Positions 58,971 through 64,000 of a stretch of DNA of 64,000 bases are shown piece by piece; the stretch's first letter is position 1; every line of letters begins with the position of its first letter. Location: contig QPMI01000176.1 in NCBI GenBank assembly GCA_004431415.1, positions 1 to 64,000 on the forward strand. Direction: 5' to 3'. A program made the position numbers and the translations under genes. Below the pieces are notes generated by a model, which was not told where the DNA came from, searched no databases, and worked only from the letters and a program-made list of their open reading frames with translations. Origin of the DNA: Cyanophora paradoxa CCMP329. Its lineage: Eukaryota > Plantae > Glaucophyta.

Positions 58971-60144
58971 ATGGCCGCCTTCGTCGTGCCCGGCCTAGCG
59001 AGACCACAGGCGGCCCCGTCGACGCTGCATGCACACGAGCGCGTGTGCAGGGCACCGCCGTTGCAGCCGGAGCACCCGCAGAGCGCCCGGAGCACTTCGC
59101 GATTCGAGGCCCTCGGGGCGCGCCGGCGGGGGTTCCTCGGCTCGCGAAACGGCAGCTCGATCTTCGGTTGCCGCGTCATGCTCCGCGATCAGGCCTCCCC
59201 ATGCGGCCGCCGTGACCCCGTCGCGTACGCAACGCCCCTTTAGCTGGAGCGCGCCCCGCGCTGCCGCAGCGCGTCTCCTCACGTGACTGTGCAGGGTGAC
59301 GGCGCAGGCGGGATCCCCGCCAAGCTCCAGCGAGCCGTGCCGGATCGCGGTGCTGATCTCCGGCGGCGGGCGGTCGCTGGAGAACCTGTGCGAGCGGATC
59401 GACGACGGGAGCGTCCCGGCGGAGGTGGCGGTGGTGATCAGCAGCCGAGAGGACGCGTACGGGCTCGTGCGGGCGCAGAAGCGGAACATCCCCACGCACG
59501 TTGTCAACCGAAAGTGCGCCCCCGGGCCGGCCCCGCCGGCGGGCCCTTCGCGGCGCGTGCGAGCGGGGGGCGGGGCAGGGAGTACAAGTCGGGGGAGGAG
59601 TACAGCGAGGCGATCACGCGGCTGGTGGACGCGAGCGGCTGCAACCTCGTCGTCCTCGCCGGCTTCCTCTCCCTCTACCGCGTCCCCCGCCACCTGGAGA
59701 ACCGCGTCATCAACATCCACCCCGCCCTCATCCCCAAGTACTGCGGCAAGGGCTTCTACGGGCACCACGTCCACGAGGCCGTCCTCGCCGGCAACGAGAC
59801 CGTCCGCCCCCCGCGCCCCGCGCGCCCCGCCCCCGCGCCCTCGCCTCGCCCGGGCCCACGCCGCGCAGGTCTCGGGCTGCACGGTCCACTTCTGCGACCT
59901 CGAGTACGACAACGGGCCCATCATCCTCCGCAAGGAGGTCCGCAGCCGCCGCCGTACCCCCCCTCCGCCCCCCCCCCCCTTCCGACGGGTACCCGAGGTG
60001 CCGGTGCTGCCCGGGGACGACGCGGAGGCGCTGGCGGCGCGTGTCTTCGAGGCGGAGAAGGAGGCGCTGCCCGAGGCGGTGCGCCTCTTCGCCCTCGGCC
60101 GCCTCCGCGTCACCGGCGCCCGCGACGTCGAGATCCTCCCCTGA
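58971..60144 (+). CDS. purN: Phosphoribosylglycinamide formyltransferase (monofunctional GART), with predicted plastid transit peptide
   Basis: RIAVLISGGGRSLENL, VVLAGFL, VINIHPALIPKYCGKGFYGHHVHEAVL, VSGCTVHFCDLEYDNGPII and LAARVFEAE. The first exon MAAFVVPG.. joins in frame via intron 59225-59294. Confidence 0.95.
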
Positions 60145-60657
60145 GCCCCGCCCCGCCCCCCGCCCCGCCCCCCGCCCAGCGGGCAGCCATAGCTAGCTAG
60201 CCGAGCAGGCCGCTCCCCTCCAAGCTCGAAGCGACGCCATCGCACCGCATCGCGGGGCGCCTGCGCGGCGGCCCCTGCCGCCGGGCCACGCGCACGGGCC
60301 ACGATAGCCATCGCGTGTCAGACGGGGCTAGCACTGGATCGGCGTCACGATCGTGATCGAGCCCCGGCTATAGCCGCTACATCGGATGCAACATCAGCGG
60401 TCGCGTGCACGCGCACGTTTCTCATTGAATCAGAAGAAAGCGTTGCATTGATAAACGAAAATGTGTGTCATTAAGTCACAGATACTGATACTCCCTATAA
60501 ATCAGAGGCCGGCGCGGCGCTGGGCTGTGGCCGGCGCCATATATACATGTACATGTGTATGCCAGAGACTTCGATAAGGAAGGACTTCGAATGGATCCGT
60601 GATCTAGACATCGTATTCTCCCCGATCGCGAGACTCGGAGATCTCAAGTCGCAAATA

Positions 60658-60838
60658 GGAAGCTTGAACTACGCACTATGAATACCGATTTCAGAAACTC
60701 AGGACGCTCGCAATGAGCAGCCTTGAATTGAACTACGCACTATCATATACAGTATGGAAGCAAATTGGAAGCTTGAATTGAACTACGCACTAAGAATACC
60801 GATTTCAAACTCAGGACGCTCGCAATGAGGAGCCTTAA
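60658..60838. repeat. Local imperfect tandem duplication in intergenic DNA
   Basis: TTGAACTACGCACTA x3 and GAATACCGATTTCA..AACTCAGGACGCTCGCAATGAG x2. Confidence 0.8.
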
Positions 60839-60987
60839 TTCTTCGCAAGCTTTATAGATCTAGATAGATTACATATATGTGGAAACATCGAATTCGACTG
60901 CCGCAGTGCTACAGTCCAGTATGATAATGATACAAGATCTGGAATATTGATCACGAGGCGCTCTCAGTCTTGAAGCCACGATCAAGA

Positions 60988-63954
60988 CTAGTTGAGGGCG
61001 AGAGAGGGCGAGGCGGCGGCGGGGGCGGCGGTGGAGGGTCGGACGGCAAAGGTGACGGAGCGGCGCAGGGGCGGGAGCGGCCGCGTGCTCCGCGCCCCGC
61101 GGCCCGCCTCGGGGGCCCCCTCGGCGGCGGGGCCGGGCCTCCCGTTCGCCGCCTCCCGCTCGACGGCCGCCGGCGAGGAGCGGGCCGGGGCGAGCGAGTC
61201 CCGCACCCGATCGCCGCCCGCGGCCCGCTGCAGGCTCAGAGCCGGGGGCGGGCTCGAGCCGCCTCCGTCGCCGCCGGCCACCAGGGGCGAGACCTGCGGT
61301 CGGGGCATCGTCCTGCGGGGGGCGGGGTCAGCCTCGCCGGCGCCGGGGCGCGGAGGATCAGAGGGGGCCCCAAGCCGGGGCGCACTTGCTGCGGGGGAGG
61401 AAGCGGCCCCTGCTTGCGCTGGCGCCGGCGGTCGGGCTGGCGCCGGAGGGCGGGTCGATGGCGGGGAGGCGCGGGGTGCCCGACCGCGGGCTCCCGGACT
61501 CGGCAGAAGGCGAGAGGGGGCTCCGCGGGCCCGGCGGCGAGGTGCCCGAGGGGAGCTGCAGGCCGGGGGGCGCGCGGTGGGAGAGGCGCGCCGAGCGGGC
61601 CCCGGAGCCCGGGGCCTCCATCGGGCGCGAGAGCTCGCCGTCCAGCACAAAGTGGAGCGCGCAGCGGCCCGGCGGGGCCCCGGCCCCGGCGCCGGCCCGG
61701 CGGCGGCGGCGCAGGCGGCGGCGAGCCCGGCGCCGGGCTGGACGCGCCACCGGACGGAGACGAAGGCGCCGGCCTTGGGCAGCATGATCTGCGGCGCGGG
61801 GCGGGGCGGGGCGGGGCGGGCCCGGGGCGTCAGGCGGAGGGGGGCGAGGCGAGCGGGGCGGGGGCACCGGCGAGCCGTTGGCGGAGGCCTCGAACAGCGC
61901 GATCGAGTCGTCGGGGTACCTGCCGGTCCCGGCCCGCACCCGTGGGCGGGTGTCGGGGGCGGCCGAGCGGGGGGCGGGGGATATTTGTTCGCACGGGTCG
62001 AAGTCGGAGGCGTACACCGCGAGGCTCCACCCCGCCGGCAGCGCGCCCTCGGGCCTCTGCGGGGGCCGGGGCGGGGCGCGCCTCAGCCGCCCGCGCGAGG
62101 AGATCGGGCTCGAGGGGGGCGCGGGCGGGGGCGGACGGAGAGGGAGATGAGGACGGGGCGGGAGAAGTCGGCGTGGTGGCTGCCGACGCCCCGCGTCAGC
62201 CGAGCCGGCTCGACCCTCCCGGCAGGCCGGGGCCGGGGCGGGAAAGCTCGGGGCGCCTGGGGTTCCCGCAGACGAAGTAGCGGGCGGCCTTGGGGTCGAG
62301 GGGGAGCTCCACGTCCGCCCGCCTGCGCCCCCGCCGCCCCTCAGCGCCCCGGCCCGAGCCCCGACGCGGACCCGGCGCGGGGCCGGGCGGGGGCGCACCT
62401 GCCGAGCTCCACGGCGACCTGCGGCGCGGCGAAGGCCCTCACCTCGTACCGCAGCAGCTGGCCCGGGCCGCCACCAGCGCTGCCCGCCCGAGGCAAGTGA
62501 GCGCCGATCGCGGGCCGGGCGGGGCGCGCGCGGGGCCGGGGGCGGCGGGCACAGAAGAACAGGGGGTGATCGCGCTCGGCGGCGGGGCCGGAGGCGGCGG
62601 GGGGCACGACGAGGCGCATGGGGCCGGGGGGGGCGGCGGCGCCCTCCCCGGGGGCCTCGACGTGGAGCGACCACTCGTGGGCCCCCTGCGCGCGCGCGCG
62701 CGCGCGCGAGGGAGGGCTCGAGGGTGAGGGGGGAGTTGGAGCGGGGAGAAGAAGGTGGAGCTTTTATCGGGCGAGGGGAGCTCGAGCGGGGGGCGGCTGG
62801 CACGGGGCACCTCGCCGGGGGCCCGCGCCACGCGGCTCGCGAAGACGTCGACCGCCCCCGAGCGCACCCCGACCGTCACCACCGCCTGCCCGCATCGCAG
62901 CCGCCGTCAGATCGGCCGCCGGGCCGGGCCTGCTCGTGATTGTGCGGGGGCCGGCTGACCGAGGAGCCCGGGGGGACGATGACCGCGAAGTCGCGCCTCA
63001 TGCCGCCGGGGAGGTCCCCGCTCGCCGGCTCCTCGTGCTTCAGCACTGCCCGCGCCCCTTAGCCCACGCATCTCCGCAGGGGTCTTTCCAACAATTAGAA
63101 ATCGAAGCGAGCGTACCGGCGTGCTCGGGGTACAGTTCCTCGGGGGTCAGCGGCGCCGGGGCGGGGGCCACGCGATCGCGATCTGAGGGGCCCGCGTTCA
63201 GAACTAGAGCTCGATCGCGAGAGCGACTTCTAGATAAAATATTCGAAAGCTAGCTTAAGCTTCACGATCAAAAGCGTGGAAATCTTGAGGATCGATATCG
63301 GTTCTTGAGAGGGTCTAAGGCGAGGTTCCGCAGCTGCAGGTGGCGCCGGCGGCGCAGCAAATAAAATATTTTTTTGGAATGCGCACCCTCGCCGCCGCTC
63401 TCGTAGTCCGTGGCCGAGCCGCTGAGCCTTCCGCGGCGGAAGCTGCGCCTGTAGCTGCGGATGAAGCTGTGCCGCGCGGTGCCGGTGCCGAAGGAGGCGG
63501 CGGCCGCCGCGTCGGCCTTCGCGTTGAGGGCGGCGCGGGCCGAGGGCGGGTTGCCCGCGCCGGGGAGCGGCGAGCCGGCCGGGGAGGCGCTCGAGGCGCT
63601 CGAGTCCGGGCCGGGGTCCGCCGCGAGGCCCGCCAGCACGCCCCGCCGGAAGCTCAGGCTCGGCGCGATCCGCCCCCGAAGGCTCCCGCTCGAGCGCTCC
63701 GTCTCCGCCGCCGGCGGGGGCGTGTGCGCATGCGTGGGCGCGGCAGGCTCGGCGGCCGCGGTCGGAGGCAGCCGCGGCGAGACCGACGGCTGGGGACGGG
63801 GCAGGAACGCGGCGAGCTCGCGGTCGAGCTGCAGGTCCGGGCTCCCGCGGAGGGCCGCCCCCGGGTTGATCAGGGCGAAGCGTCCGGCCCCAGGCGTCAG
63901 GCGGCCCGTCGAAGGCGGGGCGACGAGCGCGACGGCGTCGCGCTCAGCGGGCAT
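60988..63954 (-). CDS. Hypothetical protein, multi-exon; disordered termini, beta-rich core
   Basis: GCC-ATG at 63954 (MPAERDAVALV..). Exons include VTVGVRSGAVDVFASRV, EWSLHVEAP, QLLRYEVRAF, WSLAVYASDFDPCEQ and IMLPKAGAFVSVRWRVQP, ending ..SLALN*. Flanking introns are typical. Confidence 0.55.
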
Positions 63955-64000
63955 GGCTACCGTACGCGTACGCGTCGACACGTCGGCGGCTGCCGAAGCT

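Noticed and set aside
60658-60838. Three 15-bp repeats with spacers as a mini-CRISPR or regulatory array
   Set aside because: Spacers 1 and 3 are the same sequence, so this is a simple local duplication.
1-64000. tRNA, rRNA, snRNA genes or introner-type repeated introns
   Set aside because: None were recognisable by eye. Introns share composition but not alignable sequence or TSD/TIR structure.

Overview
This is very GC-rich, intron-dense eukaryotic nuclear DNA. The ~60-90 nt GT/GC-AG introns, micro-exons and a plastid transit peptide starting MAAFV suggest a glaucophyte such as Cyanophora (inference). Almost all long ORFs in the track are GC shadow frames; the real genes are spliced. Eleven genes can be traced: a pentapeptide+WD40 protein (5'-partial), an NTF2/SnoaL-like protein, an ADCY10-like soluble adenylyl cyclase, two hypotheticals, a mitochondrial carrier, a DUF2358-like protein, an F-box/LRR protein, an IQ+ARM protein, a DCD-domain protein and plastid-targeted PurN. 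Between two convergent genes lies a nested transposon block. It is an L1/Tx1-like LINE (37796-56140, 13-bp TSD, poly-A) interrupted by an 11.6-kb CACTG-terminated CACTA/CMC-type element (39413-51057, TSD GCA) filled with tandem arrays. Removing that element restores the LINE ORF2 frame and reveals a long C2H2/Pro-rich tail. A small Helitron-like element is at 19489-20060. The most unusual signal is a recurrent 6-bp insertion of form X-revcomp(X)-X (e.g. AGA>AGA-TCT-AGA). It is polymorphic five times between near-identical repeat copies and strongly enriched across the window. Some frameshifts look like homopolymer assembly errors, so gene boundaries are approximate.
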